Assembly (NCBI GenBank): GCA_964187785.1 | Contig: OZ076413.1 | Location: forward strand, 50,594,001 to 50,658,000 | Length of the DNA stretch: 64,000 bases | Direction of reading: 5' to 3' | From: Amphiscolops sp. MND2022 | Lineage: Eukaryota | In this document: positions 1 to 12,730 of the stretch, one piece after another | How positions within the stretch are numbered: position 1 is the first letter of the stretch | How the letters are laid out: the number at the start of each line of letters is the position of its first letter | Notes under the pieces: model-generated | Databases searched by the model: none | Seen by the model: the letters and a program-made list of their open reading frames with translations, nothing else | Told to the model about the DNA's origin: nothing | Program-made: the position numbers and the translations under genes

Positions 1-2090
1 ACAGCCAAAACAATTTGGCAAACGACAGAAATGTGATCTGGGGAGAATCAAATGCGAGAGGATCAACAAAGGTCCTGCTCTTGGCGATCTTGTCGTCCCG
101 CGTGAATTGAAGGATTCTAAACTCGAGCAAGATTGCAAAAAAAAATCAAGTTGATCTCCGCTAAGCTCGATGAAGGGAACGTCCGAGCGAGAATAAGACT
201 AGCAGCGTCTGACGACACAGTAGCTCCGTTTGACAACAACACTTATGAAAAACTTCAGTCAAAACATCCCCCTTGAGCCGCAAATCATGCCCAACAAGTC
301 GTCGAAGAAAGCTTAATTGTGTTTGAGCCCACTGTTGCTAAGGCAATCAACTCCTTCCCTTCTGGGTCGTCGGGAGGACCAAGCCTACTTGTGCCCCAGT
401 TGTACAAAGACCTCATCGGAAAGGGCAACGGGCCCATAGGAAACGAGTTCCTCCAGAAGCTAACAAGCGTACTAAATATTGTCTTAGAGGGCAAAATCCC
501 TGTAGGGTTGAGACCTATTTTCCTCGGTGCTAAACATATCGGCCTTCGAAAAAGAGACGGCGGAGTTCAACCAATTGCGGTTGGAAACACGCTGCGTCGA
601 ATTTGCACAAAATGTGTGAGCTCTTTCGCGACTGACCAACGACAAATTGATTTCCATGGTACGCAGTTCGAAATGCGGGACAAGTCGTGGAGCCGAAATT
701 GCAGCACATTTTTCGAAATCTCACTGAGAACGAGAAGAATCCTGAAAACGTTATTCTGAAAATGGATTTCAAAAATGATTTCAACTCGCTGGAACGTGAC
801 AAACTGTTAGACACCGTTTTTCGAATGCGACGCCAGATATACAATTACACGTACTCTGCATATAGCGAAACCTCTCATCTTTTCTTAGGAGACAAAGTAA
901 ATCAATCGCAAGAGGACTGTCAGCAAGGGGACCCCGAAGGTCCAGCTCTCTTCTCAGACACTATTCAAGACATCGTTATTCGAATGGTTTCGCAATATAA
1001 TGTTCGGTATCTCGACGACGGAAATCTTTCGGATCACTATCGGACGGTCCTTGAGGACCTCAAACGAATCATTGCTAGCGCCGACGAGTATGGGTTGTCT
1101 CTCGAAAAAACTAAATTTTACCTGATTTTCCTCGAAAAATGTACCGAAAGCTCAAAAAAAGAGAATAAAAACGCTTTTTGAAGAATTTTGCCCGGGTATC
1201 AAAGTAGAGGATTATTAGAATTTGGAAATTTTAGGGTCGCCAATGGGCGCAAGTGCTCGTCGAGTCCTGTTGAACAAAAAAATGATTGAATTGCAAAGAC
1301 TCTCTGAAGTTGTTACAAAATTAGACGCTCACTATGCTTTCTACCTGTTGAAGAACTGTTTCACTCTACCCAATCTACTGTACCTTCTTCGCACCAGCGC
1401 TTGCTTCGAAGAGTTGGATCTCTTACAGCAATATGATTCCACTATCCGCAAATCATTGTCCAAAATCTGTAATGTCAATGTTAATGAAAACAGGTATACT
1501 CAGGCGATCCTCCCAGTCTCCAAAGGGGCATAAACATTGCATCGGCTTCCCAGATTGCTCTTCCTCTGCTTTTTTAGCTTCAGCAACGGGCGCCAAATGT
1601 GCTCTGTCTTGTATCTTCCTGGAAGACTATGTTGATGCATTGTTCGAAATGGCATTTAATTTGTGGCTGACGAAGGCGAACCTATCAGAAGCACCGTGGG
1701 ACTTCATCCGAAAACATTGGACGTCTCCTTTGAGTGATGCTATTTTTGATCAACTTATTACAGACCTTGATGTGGAAAATGTCAAAAGATTGAACGCTTA
1801 CCAAGACCTCTTTGGTTCCGCTTGGCTGAATGTTGTACCAAGCAAAAGTCTCGGTCTGAAGTTAACAGATCAGCAACTGCGCATCTCGTTATCCATTCGC
1901 CTCTGCGCGAAAATTTGCAAGAAACACACTTGCCGTTGTGGCAAACTTGTCGAAGAGAACGGACATCATGGTCTTTCCTGTGCCAGAAGCGCGGGACGTT
2001 TCTCAAGGCACCACAACCTTAATACTCTAGTGAAACAGGCGCTGAGCTCCATCAAAGTTCCCTCTATTATGGAATCAAATGGACTGACCC

Positions 2091-2439
2091 GGGTGGGCGG
2101 AAATAGGTCGAAGGAACGGGATCGAAAATCAGAGTTAGTCCACAGGTCGACATATCACATTTCTTAATGGGATCGAAACAACTCGGATCGAAAAATTTAT
2201 AACGTAGTCAGATATGTTCACATACCCCTAGTGCCCTGAATGCAGGAGCGAAGCGAAGCGGAGCGACGTGCTATATGGCCATGCCTCTATGTTGCTACTT
2301 GGCGAAGGGAGCGAAGCGACCGAGCCATACAACAAATACAATAAAATTCGACCGCATTCCATTCGATCCCTGCAATTCGATCAAAAGTTTCGACCTCTGT
2401 CCTTTCGACCAGAAATATTCTACCTATTTACAGCCACCC
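2091..2439 (+). mobile_element. MITE (family A), 9-bp TSD, imperfect GGGTGG TIRs (MULE/Merlin-like)
   Basis: Ends gggtgggcggaaataggtcgaa / ttctacctatttacagccaccc; flanks gactgaccc (2082-2090) and gactgacac (2440-2448). Removing it restores the SNGLTRTDGKRP reading frame. Confidence 0.85.
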
Positions 2440-2751
2440 GACTGACACGAACAGACGGAAAACGCCCAGGCGGAATTACCCTTGCACCCTGGCGGGAAGG
2501 CAAGCATATAGTTTGGGATGTTACTTGTGTCGATCTTCTTGCCCCCAGCAGAGTAGAGAACGTATCTGTTGCCAACCCAGGCACAGCCGCTGAGGATGCA
2601 GAGGAATTGAAAACAGCTAAGTACGTTTGTTTGACTGAAAAAAGGATACATCTTGCAACCCTTAGCCTTTGAAATTCAGTAAGGAATCGGATCTTCCTCG
2701 TCCACGTTCTTGAAGAACCTGTGTAAAAAATTGTGCGTGTTCAACCAGGAA

Positions 2752-3640
2752 GGGTGGCTGTCGAATAGGTCGAATTTTTCTGGTCGATAGGACATACGTC
2801 GAACCTTTTGATCGAATTGCAGAGATCGAATGGAATGTGGTCGAATTTTACCGTCTTTGTTGTATGACTCGGTCGCTTCGCTCCCTTCGGCCTTATGGCA
2901 CGTCGCTCCGCTTCGCTTCGCTCCTGCATTCAGGGGGTAAATGGTCACTTGGCTCACTGCCATTTGGCTTAAAGTCATTTTGCTTATACAATTGGTCACT
3001 TGGCTTAATTTTTTTAAGCTAAGTGTCTCGGGTATTGGTCACTTGGCTTAAAGTCATTTGACTTGAAACCACATAGATGAAAACACGTGGCAGACTTTGT
3101 CGAATTTATCTTTCTAACGTAAACAGCGTATTATTATAACATGTCATATCAAGTGCCCCTCGGATATGTCCCCATTTCCTCTAGTGCCCTGCGGCCCCTT
3201 GGGGCCGCTTATATTCCCATCTTGCTAAACGAGGTTGAACAGGAGCAAAGACCTAGCGGGAACGAAGATCGCGAAGCGATCGTAGTGGGAGCTGGTCTTT
3301 GCGACTGTGAGGGCGAGCGTGCATACACCGCATATGCCCCACATTGATATTTCCGGGAGTTGACATATTTATTCCTTGAGTTGGAATGGAGTTGGCTTAA
3401 TTTTGTGGTCACTTGGCTTAAAATTTTTAAGCCAAATGACTCGACGAAAAAATTAAGCCAAATGGTATTAGGCCAAGTGACTGGTAACCATTCAGGGCAC
3501 TAGGGGTATGTGAACATATCTGACTACGTTATAAAAATTTCGATCCGAGTTGTTTCGATCCCATTCAAAAATTTGGTTTTTCGACCTGAGGACTAACTCT
3601 GATTTTCGATCCCGTTCCTTCGACCTATTTCCGCCCACCC
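2752..3640 (-). mobile_element. Second copy of MITE family A, inverted, containing a nested MITE
   Basis: Reverse complement of 2091-2439; perfect 9-bp TSD aaccaggaa (2743-2751 and 3641-3649). Confidence 0.9.
2936..3489. mobile_element. Nested MITE (family B), GG..CC termini, 8-9 bp TSD (Merlin-like)
   Basis: TIRs ggtaaatggtcacttggc / gccaagtgactggtaacc; TSD (c)attcaggg on both sides; internal repeated ggtcacttggctta motifs. Confidence 0.8.
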
Positions 3641-4421
3641 AACCAGGAAAATAGAGCTAGGTCGTTTTTCAGGCAGAGACTCTCTCGCAATCCAGGCAGG
3701 CATTGCAGCCAGTGTAGTTGGAACGGTTCGGGACGAAGACTACGTAAGCGAACTTTATTACTTGTAAATCTGTGTCCAATGACCGTTTTGTTTAATCAAG
3801 AAGTTTATTTGTTTGCTTCATAATCGTTACCTTTTCACGAGCCTCATTGAGTTTCTGAATTGAAATGTCCTCGATCCATTGAACTCTCAGGTTGCATGAT
3901 CTCGTTTCTCAATTATTTTTTGCTTCCTATCTTGGTTGGAGTTTTTTTGTCTGTCGCCCGGGCTGGGGCACATGATAAATAAAGAAGCGTTTTTTTAAAA
4001 CGGTGATTGATGACGACGATCCAATTTGATATACCATTGGAGTTTGATAAACCGATTACCAAACGATGTTGGTTTTGACATATTGACAGTTTGAAAAGCA
4101 TGCTGCTGTGCTGTACATATTTCAATAAACGATGCATCGTATCTTAAAAACTTTGGAAATCTAGACTGACCAGATCAAGTGTTATCGGGAGAAAGTCCCT
4201 GGCTTCGTTCGAAACCACAATAATACTATTACAGAAAACCGGCGTCTCTTGCAGGTTGTGTTTGATTGTCTATGGTGAGGCAAAGTTCCTGAAACTTAGT
4301 GTTCGCTCAGTAGCGAATTAGTGTTCGCTCAGTTGAAATGCTACAATTTAATATCAGCTTCAGGGTGCAAATGTTGACCTTTCTGAGTCTGTTCTCTGGA
4401 GAGGGCGCGTAAAATTTTTCA

Positions 4422-5735
4422 ATGTTACGGAAGATTGTGGCCTCATTTCAAGGGTTTAGAATGACACATGTTACAGCTTTCCAGTTTTTAAGCCAGAAGC
4501 AACCTCTGTACTTGGCTCCAGCTGAAGCGATTGATCTTAAACCTGTCAGTGGCGATTGTAAGCAATCGTGGAAATCTTATATAGATGGGAAGCGTGTTTT
4601 CGTTTTCTCACATCACCGAGACGAAGCAACCTTCACTGAAACTGCTGTTCGGAATAAGAAGCTGGAAAGTTTTCTGAAGACAGTGAGCCAACGTGAAAAT
4701 GTAAAGCTGTCTACTTTTAACACCTTCTGTTTCGACCAGAGCGGCGAATCCATGTCTGGGTACAACGAGTCGATTGGTGTTATTTGTGAGGAAAGCGTTG
4801 AAAGTGACGGTGATTCGAACCATGCCATAAGTAAGATCGTGGAGAATTTGAGCCAATGTACTGAATTTGGAATTGTTGCCGTGAGTGCATTGAGAACACA
4901 TTCGTCTGGAATGTTTTCTTTGTCTCTGATTGATGAAAGCCCTGAATGTGGGTATTGCGAACCCATTATCGCTCCGGTATGTCATCCTGCTTTCGTTCAC
5001 CCTGAAACCAACTCTATATGTCATAACATTCAGATGATTTTGGAAAGGTTGGAGCCATTCGTAGAAGTACCAGAAGTCCTAGAACTCAAAAAGATATGTT
5101 TACCTTATCTGGAAGGCATCTATTCTGAACTGCCGCTAATAGCAAAGAATCCTGTTATTGTCATTGAAGGCCTAGATGCTACCGGCAAAACGACGTTGAC
5201 TTCGAATCTGGCGTTGAAGACTGATGCTCATCTTCTCAAGTCTCCACCTGAGAATGTTGCCCATTTGAGAGAAGCTTTTGATAAACTTCCGGCACCTTTG
5301 CGACGGTTGTTTTTCTTCTTGAGCAATTATGTAATAGCTGCAATGATACGTGACTGTTCTCAAATCAAACCGATTGTGTGTGATCGATTTTGGCACAGCT
5401 CAGCCGCGTATGCAATAGCAACAGACGTTAAAATAGGCGACATATCTAATCTTCCTCCTGTCAATCATTGGGTTTACAAATGGCCCCAGGATCTGCTTAA
5501 GCCCAGTGTTGTATATTATTTGCATGTCAATGAGAGAGAAAGAATGCGACGGTTGACAAGTAGGGATTTACCAATAACTGAGGAAGAAAAATGGTTGGTT
5601 GCTGCCAGGGCAAGAGTCCACGAAAGTTATTGTCGCATGGTGGATCCGGGTGTTGTTAAAATTGACGCCAGTGGTACCCCAGATGAAGTGTGTCAGTTAG
5701 TTTATGATGACTTGAAGAGTAGAGGTTTGATTTGA
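4422..5735 (+). CDS. CMPK2: UMP-CMP kinase 2 (CMPK2)-like, thymidylate-kinase family; single exon, 437 aa
   Basis: Uninterrupted ATG-TGA ORF with P-loop VIEGLDATGKTTL and motifs LLKSPP, DRFWHSSAAYAIATDV, WPQDLLKP and IDASG matching metazoan CMPK2. The N-terminus is basic and poor in acidic residues, like a mitochondrial presequence. Confidence 0.92.
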   Translation: MLRKIVASFQGFRMTHVTAFQFLSQKQPLYLAPAEAIDLKPVSGDCKQSWKSYIDGKRVFVFSHHRDEATFTETAVRNKKLESFLKTVSQRENVKLSTFNTFCFDQSGESMSGYNESIGVICEESVESDGDSNHAISKIVENLSQCTEFGIVAVSALRTHSSGMFSLSLIDESPECGYCEPIIAPVCHPAFVHPETNSICHNIQMILERLEPFVEVPEVLELKKICLPYLEGIYSELPLIAKNPVIVIEGLDATGKTTLTSNLALKTDAHLLKSPPENVAHLREAFDKLPAPLRRLFFFLSNYVIAAMIRDCSQIKPIVCDRFWHSSAAYAIATDVKIGDISNLPPVNHWVYKWPQDLLKPSVVYYLHVNERERMRRLTSRDLPITEEEKWLVAARARVHESYCRMVDPGVVKIDASGTPDEVCQLVYDDLKSRGLI

Positions 5736-6426
5736 TTGATAAACGGTACGATATTGAAGGAGCCGGGATTTTCCATGATTCACAATTGAAAGTGCGTGTT
5801 TTGAAAAAAAGGAATCGAATTGAATGAAGTATGAATTGGGTCTGAATTTGGGAAAGAGCGTTTCGACAATTCTTATGAGCAGTCTTCTCGCAACGACATT
5901 AATTTTATCGACGGCCAAAATTATCTTTCTTGGACTGTAGAAACATTGATTGTATATAAATTGTTTAAATTCACTGATTTTTTAAATGAGAGTTTTAAGT
6001 TTTCAAGTGTTTTGAGTTTTTGTTCTAGCTTCCGTCTTTATCAGTGAATTCGAAGTTGAAGCTTAAGTTGTAAAAACATAATGCGTTATGGAGAATCATT
6101 TTTCTTAACAATTCATTACCTACATAATTCATTTCTCTATACGCAGCCATTGACTAGATAACGAAAGTAGCGAGCTTTTACCTCCTGTAAAGCTCGCTTA
6201 TGTGCCTCCACGGATGCCGTTCATGGCAGAGTGAATGAAGGGGGTCATAATTATAACGCATAGTATCCTTTGCTAGATTTTTGTGATATGACAATGTCTT
6301 ACTTGATATGCTGTAGTAGTTGGTGAATTTTCCTCCACTTGCCAAGGTTTTCAATATTAATTTTTAGGGAACCATTGACTCTGCAGCTTTATAAGACACC
6401 TTACATATCTCAGACACCTTACAATA

Positions 6427-7132
6427 CAGTAGAAACTGCTTAACCTTAATCGACCCGGGCGTTTTTGCAAATTTATGAAAAATTTCATGAAAATTTTACA
6501 TCACCAATATCTCCACAACTACGCGTACCAGAGAAACGAACTATAGCGCGTTTTGAAAGGTCTGGTATTGGGCTTTCATTTTGATCAGATGAGCCCCTGT
6601 CGCTGCGCGCCCCTTCAGAATTTTAGTTTTTTTCCGGTACCGCCGCTTCGAGGGCTTGTATCAGCAGAATAGTATTGGGATTTGTTGCGTAAGAACTTGT
6701 TGTGCAAGTGTATGGGGTTGGTTTTTGCTATGGGTCAAGATTTTTTGAGAAAACTGGATTTCGCCAAAAACAGAAATTCAGAAAAAAATAACCATTTTTT
6801 GTGCAAAAAAACTCATTTGCCTCGGTTTTGGAGACATATTCACTTTTCCTAATGCTTGTGCCATTCAATCCAATCTAGGTACCAAGGAATGGTTGCAAAA
6901 AACTGTGCTAGAGAATATGGGCTACTGGCAGAACGGATTTGAATTTCAAAAAAGGTATGTTGCCATAAAGTAACGCTGGGTTGATGGGTTAATAGTCTCT
7001 CGCTTCGTGACTCTTAAAATCTTGCTATTAAAAAAATCTTGGTAATGCGTTATGATTGGTTCGTTCCCATAAGCGTCTTGCTAATAAACAATCATTGCTA
7101 TTATGCGACTTGCAATTAAACAGTTTCTACGG
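6427..7132. mobile_element. Tc1/mariner-like MITE (TA TSD) hosting a piggyBac-like MITE
   Basis: ta|cagtagaaactg ... cagtttctacgg|ta termini. Confidence 0.6.
6444..6988 (+). mobile_element. piggyBac-like MITE, TTAA TSD
   Basis: ttaa|ccttaatcgaccc ... gggttgatggg|ttaa; a homologous inverted copy lies at 52594-53174. Confidence 0.8.
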
Positions 7133-10100
7133 TAGTGCATCTTCCTACCAAGCATCACACCTCTTCCTACCAAAACTTCCTACCAAGCATCACAAAGATT
7201 CGCAACGTAAATTTCAGTGAATAAGACAGACGTGAGCCGGTGAAAATACACGTGATCTCATCAAAAATGTTAAAATGTTGGTGGGTTCAACTGTCAAGTT
7301 TTACAGTACCTTGTCAAGTCTAATGAACTAACCAGAAATGACAGCTTTGCGAGGAATGCATAGCTTGTTTTAAGGAGCAAGTAAGCATGCCTCAGGATTG
7401 TTTTACCTGTGAAATTTTCTCGAAAAACTCGGATACTTGAGATTTTTCGCTCGAATAAATTTCAAAAAATTTTAGGGAAGATGTGTTTTCTAGGGATTAA
7501 TTTTTATAGGCCTGTTCTCGTATTGTAGGCTGTAGCTGCTGAGTGGTCTGAAATAACGTTTGAGTTACAATTTTTTGTGGAACGTTCCGGTTACATAGTC
7601 TTTTCCCTAAATCTTTCATGAAGAAAATGATTCATGTTGAAAATTTCATGACCAAGTTATACCCACAGAATTCAACTACCTTAGATAAGTTCATTCATTT
7701 TGTATATTTTCCGAACTTTTTTGAAAATAACCCTCAAAATAGTCAAGAATTCCAAATTTTTGACCTTTATGTTTCCGTGGGTTACAATATCCGAAGAGTT
7801 CAATGACGAAACCTATCCAGTAGTTTTTCTGAAAAATCCCATTTCGACCAATTTTTGTGTGCAATGAAGGCAAGACTCTCAATTTCTTAGTTTTAATAAA
7901 TTTTGCACCAGATTTTGATGTTTTCGTGGCTACTTTCCAGAGATTTAAAACTACAGCGGATGTCGAAAAGGGATCCACTGTTGTGAGCTATTTTCATGAC
8001 GAGTGCAATGCACTTTTTGAAAATACCTGAATGACTCGAAAAACTCAAAGTTCATTTTGAACATTTTCTGGATTTTTTGTGCAAATTTGGGTTTGTTTCC
8101 GTGGGTATGAAGATCCAAAGAGTTGAAAAACAAGAAATAGCTACTTAGCACGTTCTTGTAGTCGGCGCTTTTTTCAGGAAAAGAGTCGACTATAGCCATG
8201 GTTTCGTCAGTGTTTTTTTATACACCTGAAGTGACCAAAATAGTTCTACCAAAAGTTCTACAAAATTTTAAATTGTACCTGTTGACCCAGGGAACTGACC
8301 CAAAAGGGTTTTTCTATTTTCCGCGTAACACACAATACCGGGCGACACTAAAGGGCAACTTTTTTGGCATTGTGAGACTTTTTTTGATTTTTTTTCACCA
8401 AAGAGTCCCCTTCAATTTTTCGAAGCTAAACGTTCTTTCAATGGAAGCTGAAGAAATTGGACAAACAAGAATAGCAATGATAGAATTGAATAGATATAGA
8501 AAAAGAATATATATTTCCTTGAATTAATTCTTAATTCTTATTGGTCAATACACGAAAGAAAATTTACTTCGAAGATATAATCGTGTAAACAACTTTCAAG
8601 TGTATCTATCGATTAATTGGTGAAAACTCGTGTATCGGTATTTTTCGTGTATCGTGTACAATATATTGAACCTTCATATGCAGCTAATCATGCAACCAAA
8701 TTCTTACGATCGATAAAATAGTGATTTTTAAAGAACCCAGTTACGCAAAAGAAGTTTTTTTATTTAGATGCAAATATCAAAAGTATATATAAAATATAAA
8801 CATTGATACAGTATAGCAGGTTGAAATACCGTAAGATTGTGATGATGCTTCTCTAAGGTTCTCGGCACCTCATCACTATTCTGCATCCACATAATTTTAG
8901 TGATTTATTTATACATGTACTCTGCTTTTCGTCTTCAGCTGATGTCTTTTTGTTAACGTCCCTTGTATAATTGCACAAATATGAATTACAGTGTATGACG
9001 CTGAAAATTTAATAAACGTCATTCAAAATTTCCATCGCTTGGTAACAGCTTGTTTGTGATTGGTTAATTAAATTAAATAGACAATCAACTTTTCACAAAT
9101 AGACATTCAAGATTATCGAAAGAATGAAAATGCTGCTTCGCATAGCGGCGCAAACTTTCAATCCTAATTACACGCTGTATGCGAGCAGTGTATGCGGAGG
9201 GATTAGTAAAACTCAATGTCGATTTTTGAATTTTGATTGTCTATTTAGGAAATTCAATCTTTCACCTTATTGGTTCTTAATTTTTGATTGTCGTTTATCA
9301 ACTTTTCACCGTCATACACTGTACTTGATATGCTACAGTTACACTTTTCATTCAACGTCCCCTTTAAGTCAACAGGTTGATAGCTGCCTTCCTGTTAGTT
9401 CAGGTCTATTAGATGATCTAACATTTGCCACTTTCCGAAACACCGATTAGATCAGGTTCCCTTATTAAATTTACTTAGTTGATGATTGAATGGAAACCTT
9501 GGCCCGCCGCCATTGTTAGAACTACTCTTTTGCTCATGCGGTAGTCGACTGTATCTCTGGCATTTCTAGACATAGCAAACAGCATAATTTTATGGAAGTA
9601 GTGAAATTGACTTTCGTAGTTATCTCGATAAGCTACAAGCACTGAATGTATTCTTAAATTTGTTTTTGACGCATGTTGAATTCCCCCACTTTAAATGTGC
9701 TTTGAACTTGGTGGCAGTGGCCGGATAAGCTTGTCACATTGATGGTTTCAGAACTATCTATGCCATGAATACAATCACTTTCAATTATCAAGAGCAAAGT
9801 CTGAGTTCTAATCTTTCACACGACAGTTTTGAGGACGTGTTACAAAATTACTTATTCAGAAAAGTAATTTCCATCTTTCATCACCAGTTCAGGAAAATGT
9901 CTATTCAGGACAGCAAAAAAGTATATTCAGGAGAAATATGAGCGAAAACTTTGAAACTATACCAACGGTGAAATATTTTTGAAAACCTTTCAAACTTTAA
10001 AAGTCCATCAAAAATATATCCAGTTCTGAAGTTTTCAAAAATAAGGATGCAACACACTTCCTCGAAGGTCCTTCAAGTGCAAGACAGACATTCCATGGAT

Positions 10101-10557
10101 GGTTCTTCACAGGAAGAAATTTCGGATAACTTACACGACGCCCCCGTTTTGACTCGTTACACTATGTCCCCCTTTTTGTGTCCTTTCACTATGTCTTGTC
10201 TCCCTACAGAAAAATAATGTTACTGGCTCATTTTTATTCCAAGGAGATCTACGCTATTAGAATGTGCAAAATGTATAACTGTCAAAATTGCAGCCAATCA
10301 GAAGCGTTGATAGATTGACTTCAGACATGTATTTAAAAGCGTTTCTCTTTGTCCTCCCCCTTTGCGATGTATTTAAGAGCGTTTCACGTTGCCCTCCCTT
10401 TTTGTTGTAGGGGGACATAACGAAAGAAAAGGCAATATATCTTTGGAAAAGTTATAGCATGATCCGACCAAAAAATAGTGTCAAATCTCGAACCGAAATT
10501 TTCGTAGAAGTTGAGGGCGTAATGCTCGAAAAGTGCAAGAACCTTCAAATATGCTAA

Positions 10558-11192
10558 ACAAGCCAAGGACGGCCCAAGTCGACGCTCGCTCAAAGTTCAA
10601 ACAGAGTAAAGTGTTTCAAATGTGCAAAGGAACCCTTGTGAAAACTTTCAGAAGGTAGACCCATAGATCTCAGAAATCGCTGTTTTACGGTGCCGGAAAA
10701 AACCGTAGGTATTTTCCACAATTATCGAGAAAACTATCACCAGACCCACGAGACCAAAAATAACCAAAGAGGTCACCCTCAAGACTCGTAAAACGGTTTT
10801 CCTCAACAAAAAAAACAGTGAGAAATAAAAATTGGAAAAAAGATTTCTTCAATAACTCACATAATTTAAAAAAACCTATGGGGACCCTTATGCTCGCAAA
10901 ACGCTTTTCGTCTTCTAAAATCAGAGGGTGCTTCGTTTTAAAAAAAAGTGGCATAGGGCCAAAAGAACCAAATGGAGACCTTTTGGCCTCCCCTCTACTT
11001 TCGTTAGCATAAAAAATTTTTGGTCCAGCGAACCCATGTACACCTGATATTCCCAGCCACTGTAACACCCGCGGTAACCAAAAGGCGGCAGCAAGTTAGC
11101 TACAAGTTTTAGAATTTATAGAAATGTCAGTTCGCTTGTCTTGAGAAAAGCCACTGATATAGTCTGCGTTTTCTATCGCAAGCGCCGACTAA
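10558..11192 (-). mobile_element. HINE/DINE-like (Helentron-associated) non-autonomous element
   Basis: Reverse-orientation family ends aacaagcc..ggcccaagtcg and gcgccgactaaaa. Confidence 0.6.
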
Positions 11193-12730
11193 AAAAGCAC
11201 ACCTCCGAAAAACACCCTTTGGGCCTAAAGGGCTTTTCCTAACTGATAATGTAAAACAAAGGGGTGGGATTTGAAAAATTTCAGACAGCTGCGCAGTGTC
11301 GGAAAAACTCAAAGATTTTTTCATCAAAATGGCCAGAAAAGCGGGGGCCCTTGACGGAATTAAAAAATTGTCAAAAGTTGTATAACGCAGAAAGAAGCCG
11401 CGCATAAAAGGGGGACCTTGTGGGATTTTTCAACATCCATGATGTTGCAAAAGATCAAAAATTGAAGGGGGGCACCCTTTTTCGAAAACGTCTCAATGCC
11501 GAAAACCGAAAGGGGTGACCCTTCAGTGTCGTTCGGTACGCTGAAAAAAAGGAACAAATTGTATAGTTCAGTTCCCTGAGCCAAATGGTCCAATTTGGCC
11601 CCTTAAAATATTGTAGAAGTTGGTAGGAGTATTTTGGTCAGTTCGTGTGGATTGAAAAAACTCATTAGTATTGTCGGTCTCACTTCATGAAGCGCCGATT
11701 AAAAAAGGTGGTACAAAGCAATGTCATTGGAATATGAACTCAAGCCGTTGAATGTTCGTGAAAACTTTTGATGTCCTTTTGACGGATCTTCAAAAGACCT
11801 TCAGTGAATTCATAATTTTATGACTATGGCTAGGAAGGCTTTTATTGTTTCTGGGAATCAAATCTCGAGCATTTGAATAATTTGTGGTTCTATCGAGTGC
11901 AACACCCGAAGTATACGATTGTTGAATCGATTCTCTAGACTATTACAGCATTGTTAGATAGTTTGTATTTTGCGACAAATTATTTAATTTTGGAATGAAG
12001 TTTTGTCAGGCACCAAACGGGATGTTTCTATTTAAGTTGCTGACCAACGTTCGCATTAACTTCGCAAATATTTTTGCTCTCTAAATCATCGAACAAATAA
12101 TTAGATACTGGTGGAAACATCATGAGGGTTCGACAAGCTTAATGCATTATGCAACTCACGCTTAATGTTGCTGATCATCAACGGTCTCATTTGACCCATT
12201 CGAATGATCTGATGGCACTGATTGAACTTGATATGGGCGTTATCATTTAAAATTAACTTGGAAGTTATCATTACTCAACATAACTGAAGCACCCATTTGA
12301 TCTGGTATTTTTCGCCCATTTTCAATGAAGAGATTGTCACTTTTGAACTTTATTCCACTAATGAGCATGCATTGTATTTGTATAAGCTTATTGTTCATCA
12401 AATATGTCCGTTTTTTCAGTGAAGAACGCGCATCGACTCTTTTCACAGCAAAAACATCCTTTCTCCGCCCCACATAGTCAGGAGAACATTCAAGATACAT
12501 TTTACAATCGATGGAATATCCATAGTTATTTCTAAATTCCATTCAATTTTTTAAAGTCCAATTTGTGCAAATCAGATTGAAAATTGCCAGGGAGTTGAGT
12601 TTTTATATAATAATGCCATTGTTGCATAATGTCTAATTTTTATCCAGAAATTTCTCATTTTTTGGAGCCCGTATGTCGTGTACAATGCACTGGTGAGATA
12701 GGGGCTATTAAGTATTGGGCGAAAAATATA

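Larger units (their letters stand above)
1..3767 (+). mobile_element. Decayed non-LTR retrotransposon (RT + restriction-like endonuclease, CRE-like); frameshifted, interrupted by MITEs, 5' part outside the window
   Basis: Successive + strand frames give RT motifs QPIAVGNTLRR, LKMDFKNDFNS, QQGDPEGP and YLDDG, then a Cys/His knuckle (CRCGK..GHHGLSC..RFSRH) and the RLE motif RTDGKRP(G/D)GITLAPW..WDVTCVD. After removing the MITEs the C-terminus reads RQRLSLAIQAGIAASVVGT..YYL* (stop ~3765-3767). Confidence 0.9.

Noticed and set aside
4422..5735. Bacterial thymidylate kinase acquired by horizontal transfer, or contamination
   Set aside because: The motifs and N-terminal extension match metazoan CMPK2, and the gene is embedded among host repeats.
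7200..12700. Short ORFs between CMPK2 and the formin
   Set aside because: No recognisable motifs or spliceable coding signal; the region is AT-rich intergenic and repeat-derived sequence.
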